64,000 nucleotides of DNA from an uncultured Chthonomonadaceae bacterium (GTDB taxonomy: Bacteria; Armatimonadota; Chthonomonadetes; Chthonomonadales; Chthonomonadaceae): the NCBI GenBank assembly GCA_963817895.1, contig CAWFQB010000004.1, positions 640,001 to 704,000 of the forward strand, written 5' to 3'. Made by a program: the position numbers and the translations under genes. The notes below the pieces were generated by a model. It saw only the letters and a program-made list of their open reading frames with translations. It was not told the origin of the DNA and searched no databases. Positions within the stretch are counted from its first letter, which is position 1. Each line of letters begins with the position of its first letter. Positions 1 to 9,602 of the stretch are shown one piece after another.

Positions 1-1
1 A

Positions 2-691
2 TTCGTTATCCTGACGGAACGCTCCGCGTGGGTCTGGAATGGGAAAACGTATGTTCGGAAGGACGCGCCGCAATCGCTGAACCTTTTGGGCAGCGTTCGG
101 CTGCGCTCGGACGGCTCCGAGCGCGTGCTGGCGGCAAGTTCGCCAACGGATATACGCGCCTATCGGGTGGATGTAAACAGCGCGGCGCTGCTGGTAGACC
201 CGATTGCGACCCCGGCTTCCGCGCAGGTGGCGCAGATGGCAATGCACAACACGCCGGAATTCTTCGACAAGATGGAGATGCCGTCCGAACTGACGCGGGG
301 CGGCATATTCGGGTTGATGACGGCTTCCCGACTGAATAAACAACTGCTGTACCATGTGGATTTAGATCAGGATGTGGACATCAAGAACGATCCGACGGGA
401 TTGACAAAGCCGAAACTGGTGCTGAAAAGTCAGGGCTGGAAGGTGGGCGTGGTCAATCCGCGCGAGCCGAGTCTGGCGAACCAGTTTTTCACGCAACGTC
501 TTGCCGGTGACATTTACGATGTGGCGACGGAAAGCGCGCATGGCGACGGAACCCCCGGCCTGCTGGTGTTGACCAGTGAGGGACCGGAGGGCAAAGGCCG
601 CAGTCTGTATTTCTTCGCCCTCAATACCGCCACTACTGCCACTTCCGCAACCATCCCCGCATCGGCGACAACGCCAGAGAAAGCCCGCTGA
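2..691 (+). CDS. Hypothetical protein, 5' partial
   Basis: Frame is open from the window edge to the TGA at 691; ends in a Thr/Ala-rich tail; no recognisable motif. Confidence 0.6.
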   Translation, partial: FVILTERSAWVWNGKTYVRKDAPQSLNLLGSVRLRSDGSERVLAASSPTDIRAYRVDVNSAALLVDPIATPASAQVAQMAMHNTPEFFDKMEMPSELTRGGIFGLMTASRLNKQLLYHVDLDQDVDIKNDPTGLTKPKLVLKSQGWKVGVVNPREPSLANQFFTQRLAGDIYDVATESAHGDGTPGLLVLTSEGPEGKGRSLYFFALNTATTATSATIPASATTPEKAR

Positions 692-778
692 CAACAGAAT
701 AAATCTGGATAAACCACGCTGAGACAGTATGAAACCAATCTCCTTTGTATTCGGTCAATGGCATCAGGAGGTGACGTA

Positions 779-3487
779 ATGTTCAACACCAAAGCGTTTG
801 AGAATTCCCGCGCCGATGGGTTTCCCGTCCTCGAAATCGTTCAGGAAGAAACGGGAATGCAAACCGGGCGCGCGTTTGTGCCGCTGAAACATACGCGGCT
901 GAGTGGCGATGTTGCCGGACCGCTGGCCGCGCTGACCCTGACGCAGACGTTCGGGTACGGGCGCGAACAGTCCGACAAAAAGCTGGAAGCCGTGTACCGT
1001 TTCCCCCTGCCGGGAGACGCGGCGGTGACGGGCGTTCGGGTGCAGTTCGGTGACGTGGAGATTGCCGCTGAGTTGAAGGAGCGGCAGCAGGCGGAAACGG
1101 ATTATCAGGAAGCGGTACAGCAGGGGCGGCAGGCCGCGCTTGCCACCCGCGAGTCGCCCGATGTGTTTACCCTGCGCGTTGCGGGTTTGCAGCCGGATCA
1201 GGAAGTCAAGGTTGAAACCAATTATGTGCAGCTTGCGCGGGCGGAAGGAAGCCACTGGACGCTGCGGGTTCCGCTCACCACGTCGCCGCGCTATGTTCGG
1301 GCCGATGAAGCGAACAGCCGCCACGCCGAAGGCCAGCCCCTTGCCCTGCTGCGCGATCCCGGCCATCGGTTCGGTTTGGACGTAAAATTTGAACAGGCCG
1401 AAAACGTGAAAAGCGCGACACACGCGCTGGATGTGCAGGATTTGGGCGGAAACTTGAAACAGGTTCGATTACAAAACGGCGAAGTGTTGCCCGACCGGGA
1501 CTGCGTTCTTTCGTGGCAGGCGGTTCAGGAGGCGGCGCGTCCCGGTTTGAGCGTCCTGCTGCACGATGATAGAGCAAGCGGTTATGCCTACTTTCTCGCG
1601 CTTGTCGCGCCACCCAAAGCGCCTGCGGGGAAGACCGATGTGCCGCGTGAAATCGTTCTGCTCGTGGATCATTCCGGCTCGATGAGCGGGGCAAAATGGG
1701 AAGCATCGGATTGGGCCGTGAAGCAGTTTCTGGGCAGCCTGACGGACAAAGACTCGTTCGCGCTCGGCCTGTTCCATAGCACAACCCAATGGTACAAGCA
1801 TGGCGGACTGCACCGCGAAGCGCCCCATGCCGCCAATTCTGAGAACGTGGAACGCGCCCTGCGGTTTCTGGAGGGCAGCAAGGACAGCGGCGGAACGGAA
1901 CTAGGGGTCGCGCTGGAACAGGGATTGCATTTGCACCGCGCCGGGGGCGATCTCGCCCGTCACCTGCTGATTGTCACAGACGCGGAAGTAACGGATAGCG
2001 GACGATTATTGCGTCTTGCGGAAGGGGAAGCGGCAACGCCCGACCGTCGGCGCATCAGCGTGTTGTGCGTGGACGCCGCGCCCAATGCGTTTCTGGCAAC
2101 CGAACTGGCCGAACGGGGTGGCGGTATCTCCAAATTCCTGACCAGTTCGCCCGATGAGGAGGACATTACAACGGCTCTGGACGCGGTATTGGAAGACTTC
2201 GCGCAGCCCGTGCTGGCGAACCTGAAACTGGAAGTGAACCAAGCGGGCGTGGAAGCGTCCGGGCGCAACATCCTGCCGGGACGCAATGCGCAAAGCAGCG
2301 CGATTGACATGGGCGATCTGCCGCGCGGACGCGCCGTTTGGATCGTCGGGCGCGTAAAGCGTGGCGACGATGCCAATCTGGATTTCGCCGTCACGGTTGG
2401 CGGGCGGGAAGTGGCGCGAACCGGTGTCAACGCGCAGACGAACGCTGTCCGTCCCGCGATCAAGGCGCTGTTCGGGGCAAAGCGGGTTCTCGCGCTGGAA
2501 TACCTGATAACGGCGCATTACGATACGGACGCGGTACGGGAACAGTTGACGCGGCTCGGTTATGATGCAAAAACCGTATTGAGCGGCTCTCCTCAGAAAA
2601 GCGTATATGCGGAAAACGCTGATGTGTCGCCGCAAACTGCGCTGAAAAATCTGCTGGTGAAGGAAGCATTGGATTACGGCCTCGCGTCTTCGGAAACCGC
2701 TTTTGTCGCCGTCCGAACCGAAGCGGGCAAGCCCATCGAAGGCACGGTTGCCGTTGCCAACGCCCTCCCCTCCGGCTGGTCGGAACAGTTTGTCGGTGGC
2801 GCGGCTCCAGCAGGCACGGTTATGATGCGCGCAATGCCCATGCTTGCGTCGGGTTCCCCGTCCCCGGCGAGGTTTGCCAGAGCGAAAATGATGCCTCAAC
2901 AATCTGGTTCCGTTGATTATGACGGAAAGAATATTCTTAGCGTGGCTGCTGACGCAAGCGAAATTCTGCCGATGGCAGAACTCAATGAGGGCGTGGCGAC
3001 AATGGATTGGATGGATCAGGAACAGGAACGCGGTATCACTCTGCCGCCTGCCAAGCCTGCTCTATCTGCCGCTGCCGCACAATCCTTCAGCGCGCCACCT
3101 CCATTTGCCGCTGCCACACGAAGCGGGCTGTCACTGTTTTCGGGCATCCCCGTATTTGCCGATGGCGAAGCGGTTTTGTTCGATACGGGCCGTGATGAAG
3201 ACAACGCGAAACTGCCTCTGAGCGCGACATTCACAAAACTGGAAATCCGTTTCCCGAACGGCAAACCGGACCTGAACGCGCTCAGTCAAAACCTGATGAT
3301 ACTGCTGTTCGTGGACGATCTGGCGCAGCCGCGCGCCCGCGTTCGGCTGTCTGATTTGCTGCGTCAGGGTGGGGCGCGTCCGCTCAATGTGCAGCGCGTG
3401 TCGGGGCAGGCCGTCCGCATCGCGCTTGTGGATGATTCGGGAAACCCGCCCGCATTGCCGATGTTGGAACTCGCGCTGCGCTGGTGA
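779..3487 (+). CDS. VIT + von Willebrand A domain protein (inter-alpha-trypsin inhibitor-like)
   Basis: VIT-type segment (EAVYRFPLPGDAAV), MIDAS motif DHSGSM, GGTE and IVTD motifs; GGAGG RBS before ATG 779. Confidence 0.9.
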   Translation: MFNTKAFENSRADGFPVLEIVQEETGMQTGRAFVPLKHTRLSGDVAGPLAALTLTQTFGYGREQSDKKLEAVYRFPLPGDAAVTGVRVQFGDVEIAAELKERQQAETDYQEAVQQGRQAALATRESPDVFTLRVAGLQPDQEVKVETNYVQLARAEGSHWTLRVPLTTSPRYVRADEANSRHAEGQPLALLRDPGHRFGLDVKFEQAENVKSATHALDVQDLGGNLKQVRLQNGEVLPDRDCVLSWQAVQEAARPGLSVLLHDDRASGYAYFLALVAPPKAPAGKTDVPREIVLLVDHSGSMSGAKWEASDWAVKQFLGSLTDKDSFALGLFHSTTQWYKHGGLHREAPHAANSENVERALRFLEGSKDSGGTELGVALEQGLHLHRAGGDLARHLLIVTDAEVTDSGRLLRLAEGEAATPDRRRISVLCVDAAPNAFLATELAERGGGISKFLTSSPDEEDITTALDAVLEDFAQPVLANLKLEVNQAGVEASGRNILPGRNAQSSAIDMGDLPRGRAVWIVGRVKRGDDANLDFAVTVGGREVARTGVNAQTNAVRPAIKALFGAKRVLALEYLITAHYDTDAVREQLTRLGYDAKTVLSGSPQKSVYAENADVSPQTALKNLLVKEALDYGLASSETAFVAVRTEAGKPIEGTVAVANALPSGWSEQFVGGAAPAGTVMMRAMPMLASGSPSPARFARAKMMPQQSGSVDYDGKNILSVAADASEILPMAELNEGVATMDWMDQEQERGITLPPAKPALSAAAAQSFSAPPPFAAATRSGLSLFSGIPVFADGEAVLFDTGRDEDNAKLPLSATFTKLEIRFPNGKPDLNALSQNLMILLFVDDLAQPRARVRLSDLLRQGGARPLNVQRVSGQAVRIALVDDSGNPPALPMLELALRW

Positions 3488-3495
3488 AGGAAAAC

Positions 3496-6400
3496 ATGAG
3501 CCATCCAAATTCAAAGCAGAGTCGCCGCCGTTTTTTGCGCAATGCCGTTCACAGCATGGCGGCGGCTTCCCTTGCCACTGCGGCGGGGGCGGAAGAACTG
3601 CCGCCTTTGGTGGATTTGAATGCCGGGGACGCAAGCGCGGGCGGAGTGGAATGGCGCAATCGGGGTCTCCTCGGCGCGTTTCAGCGTGTTGGAACCCCGA
3701 CTGTTGGCGAAGTGGGCGGCGTTCGGGCGGTTCGGTTCGACGGCAAGCAGGATGCGTACATCGGCCCGCGCTCGGTTGCGGCAATCGAAGGCAATGAGGC
3801 GCGAACCATTGAGGTTTGGGTTTATAATCCAACGATTGATGCGGCGGAAGAAACCCTTGTCGCGTGGGGCAAGCGTGGCGGGCCGGACACGTCGGATATG
3901 TCGCTCAACTACGGCAACAGCGGCGCGTATGGCGCGGTCACGCACTGGGCATCCGATATGGGCTGGAATTCATTGCCGGAACCGGGGCAATGGCATCATC
4001 TGGCGTACACCTACGACGGTAAAATGGCGCGGATTTACGACAATGGCGTGGAAAGGAACAATCGCCCGATACGCCTGAACACCGCGCCGGGAAATACCAT
4101 CAACATAGGGGCGCAAAACGGCGCGAACGGCAAGCCCCAATTCCTCAATGAGTTCGACCTCACGCAGCAGGCGGGTTCCGTGTGGATCGCGTCCGTTCGC
4201 GTTTATGCGGGCGCGTTGTCGCGTGACGCCATCCGCAAACGTTTTCAGCAGGACGCCGCGCGGTACAAAGCCGTCGTTCCCCCGCCGCAGTTCGACATGC
4301 TGGAAGCGGGAACCGAAACGTACCAGACTTCGGCCTTTGCGCTGACAGTGCTGAAAAGCGCCCGCGTCGCGCAGTCCCTGACCGCCCGCGATTCCAATTT
4401 CGATTTTCTGCCCTCCGACCGCATGGAACTCCGCGCGAGTGACCATTTCTATCATCTTGGCGATGTCACGTTCCGCGTTCGGATAAAAGATGAGACTTGG
4501 AAGTCGTATTCGTCCGCAGACAAGCGCGCGGACATAAGTACAGGCAAATTGCAATTGCCGATGAGCAGTTTCGAGGCTGGAGGGCTGACTGCCCGATTTG
4601 CAAAAGATACCCTCGCGGTCTTCGGCCCCGATTGCCCGATTGCCGTTGAGCGTTGGTGGGGCGCGATGGGCGACGATCTGGTTTTACGCTTTAAACTGGC
4701 TAATCACACATCGCAGGCTGTTGAACTTGGGGCGTTTGGGGTGGCGATGGCGTTCAACAACATTTTGTCTAACCGCCCGCTGGAAGAAGCGCACGAAAAA
4801 TGCGCGTTTGCCGACCCGTATATTGGGGATGAGGCCGGTTATGTGCAGGTAACGCGCTTGAACGGCAAGGGACCCGCCCTCCTCGTCCTGCCCGAACCCG
4901 GCACATCGTTTGAAGCCTACCGGCCATTGCGGGATGACCGAACGCCGTGCGATGTAACCAATGAAGGCATGTACGAATGGATGGTACATTCCAAAGCATA
5001 CGCGGAAAACGAATGGAAAAACGCGCCTGCGTGGAATCAGCCGACCTCCCGTATGTTGCCCCCCGGCGCGTCGGTTACGTACGGCTTCCGCTTCGCGCTG
5101 TCTCCCGATATACGACACATCGAATCCACTTTGCTAAAGCAGAAACGCCCGATTGCCGTCAGCGTTCCCGGTTACGTGCTGCCAACCGATCAAATCGCCC
5201 GGTTGTTTGTGCATCCTTCCACTCACCTGCCGGGGTATGTCACCAGCATCCGCGTAGAACCTTTTGACGCGCTGGAAGTGCAGCCGGACGCGCAACTCTC
5301 CCTGAACGGCTGGGAGTTTTATACCGTGACGGGTAAGCGCGTCGGTCCCTGTCGCCTGAATATATTTTATTCCGACAAAACGCAGCAGTGTGTTCAATAC
5401 AATGTGATCGCGCCGGAAACCGAACAGGTACGGAAATTGGGGGCGTACCATGCCACAAAGCAGTGGTACGACGATCCAAACGACCCGTTCGGCAGAACCA
5501 ACTCGTTTATGCCGGTCAACCGCGAAACGGGCAAAATCGTCCTTCAACATTCGCATGTATGGATGTCCGGGCTGAGTGACGAGATGGGCGCGGGGCCATC
5601 CGTCGCAATGGCAATGAAGAATTTAGGGCAGCCGGACGCGGGCGAAATCGCCCTGCTGGAAAAATACGTCAGTACAACGCTGTGGGGCAAACTACAGAAT
5701 CCCGATTACGGCGTGAAGGCAAGCCTGTTCTATTACGAGCCGAAATTGCAGCCCGGTTACTACACGATACGAAGCGGGTGGGACAAGGCGCGGGGCGAAA
5801 CGACGTGGCGGGCGTACAATTATCCGCATGTCGCCTGCGTGTACTGGAGTCTGTACCGCCTTGCTCGTAACCATGAGGGGCTGGTGAAAACCCGCAAGTG
5901 GGACTGGTATCTGCGGCAGGCGTATCAGACGGCAATGGCGATGCAAACGCACTGCGGGCGTCGCCCCACAGATGGACTGGCGCAATTCGGACTGATGGTG
6001 GGCAGCGTGTTCGTGGAAATCCTGCGGGACTTGCAGCGCGAAGGCTGGAAAGCGGAAGCGGCAACATTAGAAGCTTACATGCGGCAGCGGGCGGAACACT
6101 GGAAATCCCTGCGCTATCCGTTCGGCAGCGAAATGCCCTGGGACTCGACCGGGCAGGAAGAAGTGTACAGTTGGTGTCGTTATTTCGGTTTTGACGACAA
6201 AGCGCAGGTGACGGTAGACGCCATTTTGGGCTACATGCCGACGGTTCCGAACTGGGCATACAACGGCGCGGCCCGCCGCTATTTCGACGCGCCCGTAAAC
6301 GGTACGCGCTGGCCCGACATAGGCCGTATGACCAATCACTACGGCTCGTCCCTGAACGCCATTCCGGTTCTGGACAACTACCGCCGCAACTCGGAAGACT

Positions 6401-6960
6401 TTTATTCCCTGCGCGTGGGCTACGCGGGCATGAATCAGGTAATCGCCAACATAGATGCCAACGGACACGGCTCGTATGGCTTCGACGCCAACCCTGCCGT
6501 ATTGCAATTCGACCCGTATACGGCGGATTACGGCATGGCTTTTTATGGCTACGCCCGCAATTGCGGCGCGTATGTGATTCAGCATCCCGTATTCGGCTGG
6601 CTCGGATTGGGCTGCAACCTGCGAGAAGAAAACGGGCGGCTGCACATTGCGCCCCGTGACGCTTTCCGGCAGCGCGTGTTTGTGGCCCCGCTCAATCTAT
6701 ATCTCACGCTGGATTCGGGAACAGTGGAAAGCATTGTCGCGCATCCGGCAGCAAAAACCGTAGAACTCACATTGGCAAAGGCAACGCCTGCTACTCCCGC
6801 CGCCCGTCTGCGCATAGAAAACACGCGGAACGAAAAGCAAAACGCGCCGCAGTGGACGCCTACCGCCAACCTGAAACAGGAACGGGGCGCGTATGTCGCG
6901 CCGCTTACTCATGCGCCCATGACGATTGGATTGAAGGTAGCCGCGAATAAACGCGAATAA
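3496..6960 (+). CDS. Tat-exported LamG + DUF5695-like putative glycoside hydrolase
   Basis: SRRRFLR twin-arginine signal; LamG motif WHHLAYTYDG; C-terminal RAYNYPH and PFGSEMPWDSTGQEE segments recalled as DUF5695-like. Confidence 0.75.
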   Translation: MSHPNSKQSRRRFLRNAVHSMAAASLATAAGAEELPPLVDLNAGDASAGGVEWRNRGLLGAFQRVGTPTVGEVGGVRAVRFDGKQDAYIGPRSVAAIEGNEARTIEVWVYNPTIDAAEETLVAWGKRGGPDTSDMSLNYGNSGAYGAVTHWASDMGWNSLPEPGQWHHLAYTYDGKMARIYDNGVERNNRPIRLNTAPGNTINIGAQNGANGKPQFLNEFDLTQQAGSVWIASVRVYAGALSRDAIRKRFQQDAARYKAVVPPPQFDMLEAGTETYQTSAFALTVLKSARVAQSLTARDSNFDFLPSDRMELRASDHFYHLGDVTFRVRIKDETWKSYSSADKRADISTGKLQLPMSSFEAGGLTARFAKDTLAVFGPDCPIAVERWWGAMGDDLVLRFKLANHTSQAVELGAFGVAMAFNNILSNRPLEEAHEKCAFADPYIGDEAGYVQVTRLNGKGPALLVLPEPGTSFEAYRPLRDDRTPCDVTNEGMYEWMVHSKAYAENEWKNAPAWNQPTSRMLPPGASVTYGFRFALSPDIRHIESTLLKQKRPIAVSVPGYVLPTDQIARLFVHPSTHLPGYVTSIRVEPFDALEVQPDAQLSLNGWEFYTVTGKRVGPCRLNIFYSDKTQQCVQYNVIAPETEQVRKLGAYHATKQWYDDPNDPFGRTNSFMPVNRETGKIVLQHSHVWMSGLSDEMGAGPSVAMAMKNLGQPDAGEIALLEKYVSTTLWGKLQNPDYGVKASLFYYEPKLQPGYYTIRSGWDKARGETTWRAYNYPHVACVYWSLYRLARNHEGLVKTRKWDWYLRQAYQTAMAMQTHCGRRPTDGLAQFGLMVGSVFVEILRDLQREGWKAEAATLEAYMRQRAEHWKSLRYPFGSEMPWDSTGQEEVYSWCRYFGFDDKAQVTVDAILGYMPTVPNWAYNGAARRYFDAPVNGTRWPDIGRMTNHYGSSLNAIPVLDNYRRNSEDFYSLRVGYAGMNQVIANIDANGHGSYGFDANPAVLQFDPYTADYGMAFYGYARNCGAYVIQHPVFGWLGLGCNLREENGRLHIAPRDAFRQRVFVAPLNLYLTLDSGTVESIVAHPAAKTVELTLAKATPATPAARLRIENTRNEKQNAPQWTPTANLKQERGAYVAPLTHAPMTIGLKVAANKRE

Positions 6961-6968
6961 ACGCGAAT
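6941..6968. repeat. 10-bp tandem repeat (A/C)CGCGAATAA, about 3 copies
   Basis: ccgcgaataa acgcgaataa acgcgaat spanning the stop codon between convergent genes. Confidence 0.75.
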
Positions 6969-6980
6969 GGGGAGAGGAAT

Positions 6981-7763
6981 TCACTGTTTGACGCCAGCGG
7001 ATTCTAGCAGATGAACGGAATCCGTTTGATGCGCTATTCTGGCAGCATCCAGCGCGGTTGTTCCCGCTCTGTTACGTATGGTGGGGTCGGCATGATATTT
7101 CAGCAGGATACGCTCAATCTCCACGAAGTTGCGGCTCGCGACCATCATAAGTGCGGTATCCCCGCTATTGGATATGGCATTAACATCTGCTCCATGCTTC
7201 AGAAGCAGCAGAGTATTGGACGCTTGTTCAAAACACGCGGCGTAAATCAATGGCGTTGTGCCGTACTTATCCTGAACATTAATCCGGGCGGAATGAGCCA
7301 GAAGCATCGAAAGTATGTCTGTGTCCTGAAATGAGGTTGCCTCCATCAACAGAGTGTTGCCGTTTGGACTGGATAGGTTGGGGTCTGCCCCGGCTTCCAG
7401 CAGGGTTTGAATGACAGCCTTCTGCCTGTCCCATACTTCCAATCCGTGCATGTCACGAGAGAAAGCACAATGAGAAACCGCAGATTGTAGAGCCGTTCGC
7501 GTCCTGTAGCGTGAGGTAAGCGCCTGCCATCTTCCACTGCGCAGATACTCCCATGTCTCCCTTACGGAATCGCTGTATTGAGCGTTAGGGTCCGCGCCGT
7601 CGCGCAATGCTTTCAGAACGATACTCGGAGAAGCGTCAATAATCCCAACCCGCAGGTCATTGTTTACGGCTGTCTGCCACTGAACGCGCAGAAAGACAAG
7701 ACTCGATATGACCACAACCAGGCCAATCACGATGAGAGCGGATTGTCGGGAAGACTGTTTCAT
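6981..7763 (-). CDS. Ankyrin repeat protein with N-terminal membrane anchor
   Basis: GADPN, GTTPLIYAA, GDTALMMVA, GTTALDAA repeats; hydrophobic N-terminus. Confidence 0.9.
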   Translation of the reverse strand: MKQSSRQSALIVIGLVVVISSLVFLRVQWQTAVNNDLRVGIIDASPSIVLKALRDGADPNAQYSDSVRETWEYLRSGRWQALTSRYRTRTALQSAVSHCAFSRDMHGLEVWDRQKAVIQTLLEAGADPNLSSPNGNTLLMEATSFQDTDILSMLLAHSARINVQDKYGTTPLIYAACFEQASNTLLLLKHGADVNAISNSGDTALMMVASRNFVEIERILLKYHADPTIRNRAGTTALDAARIAHQTDSVHLLESAGVKQ

Positions 7764-8368
7764 CGGCTGTTCAGAGTTAGCGTGGCATTGACATCATCTG
7801 CTTCTTCCGTTTTTCGCGGCAGTGAAAAGACATAAGGGATTGGGGTATCGGCGCGTAACAGTTGGTCGGCGGGAACGCGCGTTGTATCGCTTGCGGCGCG
7901 TAACAGGGTATGCGGTTCTGCGGCAATTGCGGAGGAGGCGCGGAGCAGTATACGGGCGTCTTGAGGGGCAGCAAGGTCAAAGTCGTAGAGGGCGTACATC
8001 GGGCGGCCATTGATGAGATAGCGCGGCTTTACTCCCTGCCGCGCGGCGACAGCAGGCAAATCTTCCGCTTCAATCCCCAACAAGTCGCTTGTCTCTTCCG
8101 CCGTGCCGAGATCGAGCAGGCGCAGGCGAGTGTTGAGCAGCCATCCGCCCACGCCGCCAATCGCCGTCCCGAAAAACAGCAAGCCCTGCGCGAAAGAGCC
8201 GTTTTCCCCGACGCGCCATCCCGCCGCCCCCTGACCGAGCGCGAGAACTATCTGCAGTATACCGCCGCCAAGCATCAGGGTACAAAACCCCGGCGTTGGA
8301 ATCCCATCCCCGCCGCCCGCAAAGACAAAGGGTTCTTTCGCTTCATCCCACGCCTGCCGCTTGTTCAT
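7760..8368 (-). CDS. 2-TM protein with HTH-like domain and triple-LLR C-terminal tail
   Basis: Two hydrophobic segments; GVKPRYLINGRPMY domain shared with neighbours; LLRAS..LLRAA..LLRAD; 4-bp overlaps with flanking genes. Confidence 0.85.
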   Translation of the reverse strand: MNKRQAWDEAKEPFVFAGGGDGIPTPGFCTLMLGGGILQIVLALGQGAAGWRVGENGSFAQGLLFFGTAIGGVGGWLLNTRLRLLDLGTAEETSDLLGIEAEDLPAVAARQGVKPRYLINGRPMYALYDFDLAAPQDARILLRASSAIAAEPHTLLRAASDTTRVPADQLLRADTPIPYVFSLPRKTEEADDVNATLTLNSR

Positions 8369-9015
8369 TGGCGTTGTATCTCCTGCAAGGGTTGCTCATC
8401 AGAAGTTTCCATCTGAATATAGGAAGGGGCGACGGCAACAGCAGGGGCAACAGTCTGCGCCGCTTCTAAATCGGAACTCGGAACACGCAGCAGTTGTTCG
8501 GGATGTGTGGATATGTCGGCAGTGGCGGGCCGCAGCAAAATCTCCTGCGTGTCGTTTGGGCGCGCGGCGGCTCGCAGCAGGATTTCGGAAGCGTTGGCGA
8601 AGTCAGCGGGATTGTAGTAGTCCATGCCGTTGATGCTCATGCGCGGTTTAATGCCTTTATCTTGCGCGACCTGTGCCAGCATCGTTTCCGGTACGCCGAA
8701 CCGGTCTGAAAGCTGATCGGCAGGTTTAAGTGAAAGAATGTGCTTACGTAAACTGCGCATCCACAGGCCCATGCCGCCGAAGGTCAGCGCATGAATTCCC
8801 GATACGTAAACGAGGACGCCAATTGCGGCAGGCCATGAAAGCGTCAACAGCGCGAACAGCAGCAGCGCAAAACACACGCAGGCCGCGCAAACGCCATAGA
8901 TAATAAACCCAGTTCCGACCCCCTTCAGGAGACGTTCCCAATTGCCGCTTCCCCGCCATTGACTGACGCCACGCTTGTCTTTGCCCCCGTATTTAAATCC
9001 CCATACTTGCGCCAT
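8365..9015 (-). CDS. 2-TM protein with HTH-like domain and triple-LLR tail (paralog)
   Basis: GIKPRMSINGMDYYNPADF; LLRAA..LLRPA..LLRVP. Confidence 0.85.
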   Translation of the reverse strand: MAQVWGFKYGGKDKRGVSQWRGSGNWERLLKGVGTGFIIYGVCAACVCFALLLFALLTLSWPAAIGVLVYVSGIHALTFGGMGLWMRSLRKHILSLKPADQLSDRFGVPETMLAQVAQDKGIKPRMSINGMDYYNPADFANASEILLRAAARPNDTQEILLRPATADISTHPEQLLRVPSSDLEAAQTVAPAVAVAPSYIQMETSDEQPLQEIQRQ

Positions 9016-9026
9016 ACCTCACTCCA

Positions 9027-9587
9027 TCATTCTTGCGCCGCCCGCAGCAACTGTTCCGGTTTTGCTTCCTCTGTCCCGACAGAAGGCCGCAACAGCATAT
9101 CTCGCGTTAGCACAGGCATAGCGGACGGGCGCAGCAGGGTGTTGATGTCGCCAAAATCTCTGGGATTGTAGTAGTCCTGCCCGTTGATGTTTATCGTCGG
9201 GGTTATCTGCTTCTGTGCAGCCCACTCCTGCAAATCAGAAAAATCCATCTGGAACTGACGACACATAGCCTCGGAAGATTTCAAATGCCGTAAACGATAG
9301 CGGGTTCTCAGCATCCATACGCCGCTGCCCCCAAAAGTAAATACCCACATCGGATACATGATGACATCCCCGGCACGGCGAAAGAATTGATCCGCTTCCG
9401 GGGAAAAGAGGGGAGCATGATGCCGATGTGGTCTATTCCATTTTACAATAACGGAGGGAATCGTAAGCACAAACATAGATGCGCAAAACAGCCACACGAG
9501 CGCAAGCCAGACGGGCGGCTTATTCCAGCGGCCTTTGTACATGGGGGCGCCCGCTTCACTGACGCCTATTCGCTTGTAGCCAATCAT
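9027..9587 (-). CDS. 2-TM protein with HTH-like domain and triple-LLR tail (paralog)
   Basis: QITPTININGQDYYNPRDF; LLRPS..LLRPS..LLRAA. Confidence 0.85.
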   Translation of the reverse strand: MIGYKRIGVSEAGAPMYKGRWNKPPVWLALVWLFCASMFVLTIPSVIVKWNRPHRHHAPLFSPEADQFFRRAGDVIMYPMWVFTFGGSGVWMLRTRYRLRHLKSSEAMCRQFQMDFSDLQEWAAQKQITPTININGQDYYNPRDFGDINTLLRPSAMPVLTRDMLLRPSVGTEEAKPEQLLRAAQE

Positions 9588-9602
9588 CCTGCTTCTCCCA
9601 TT

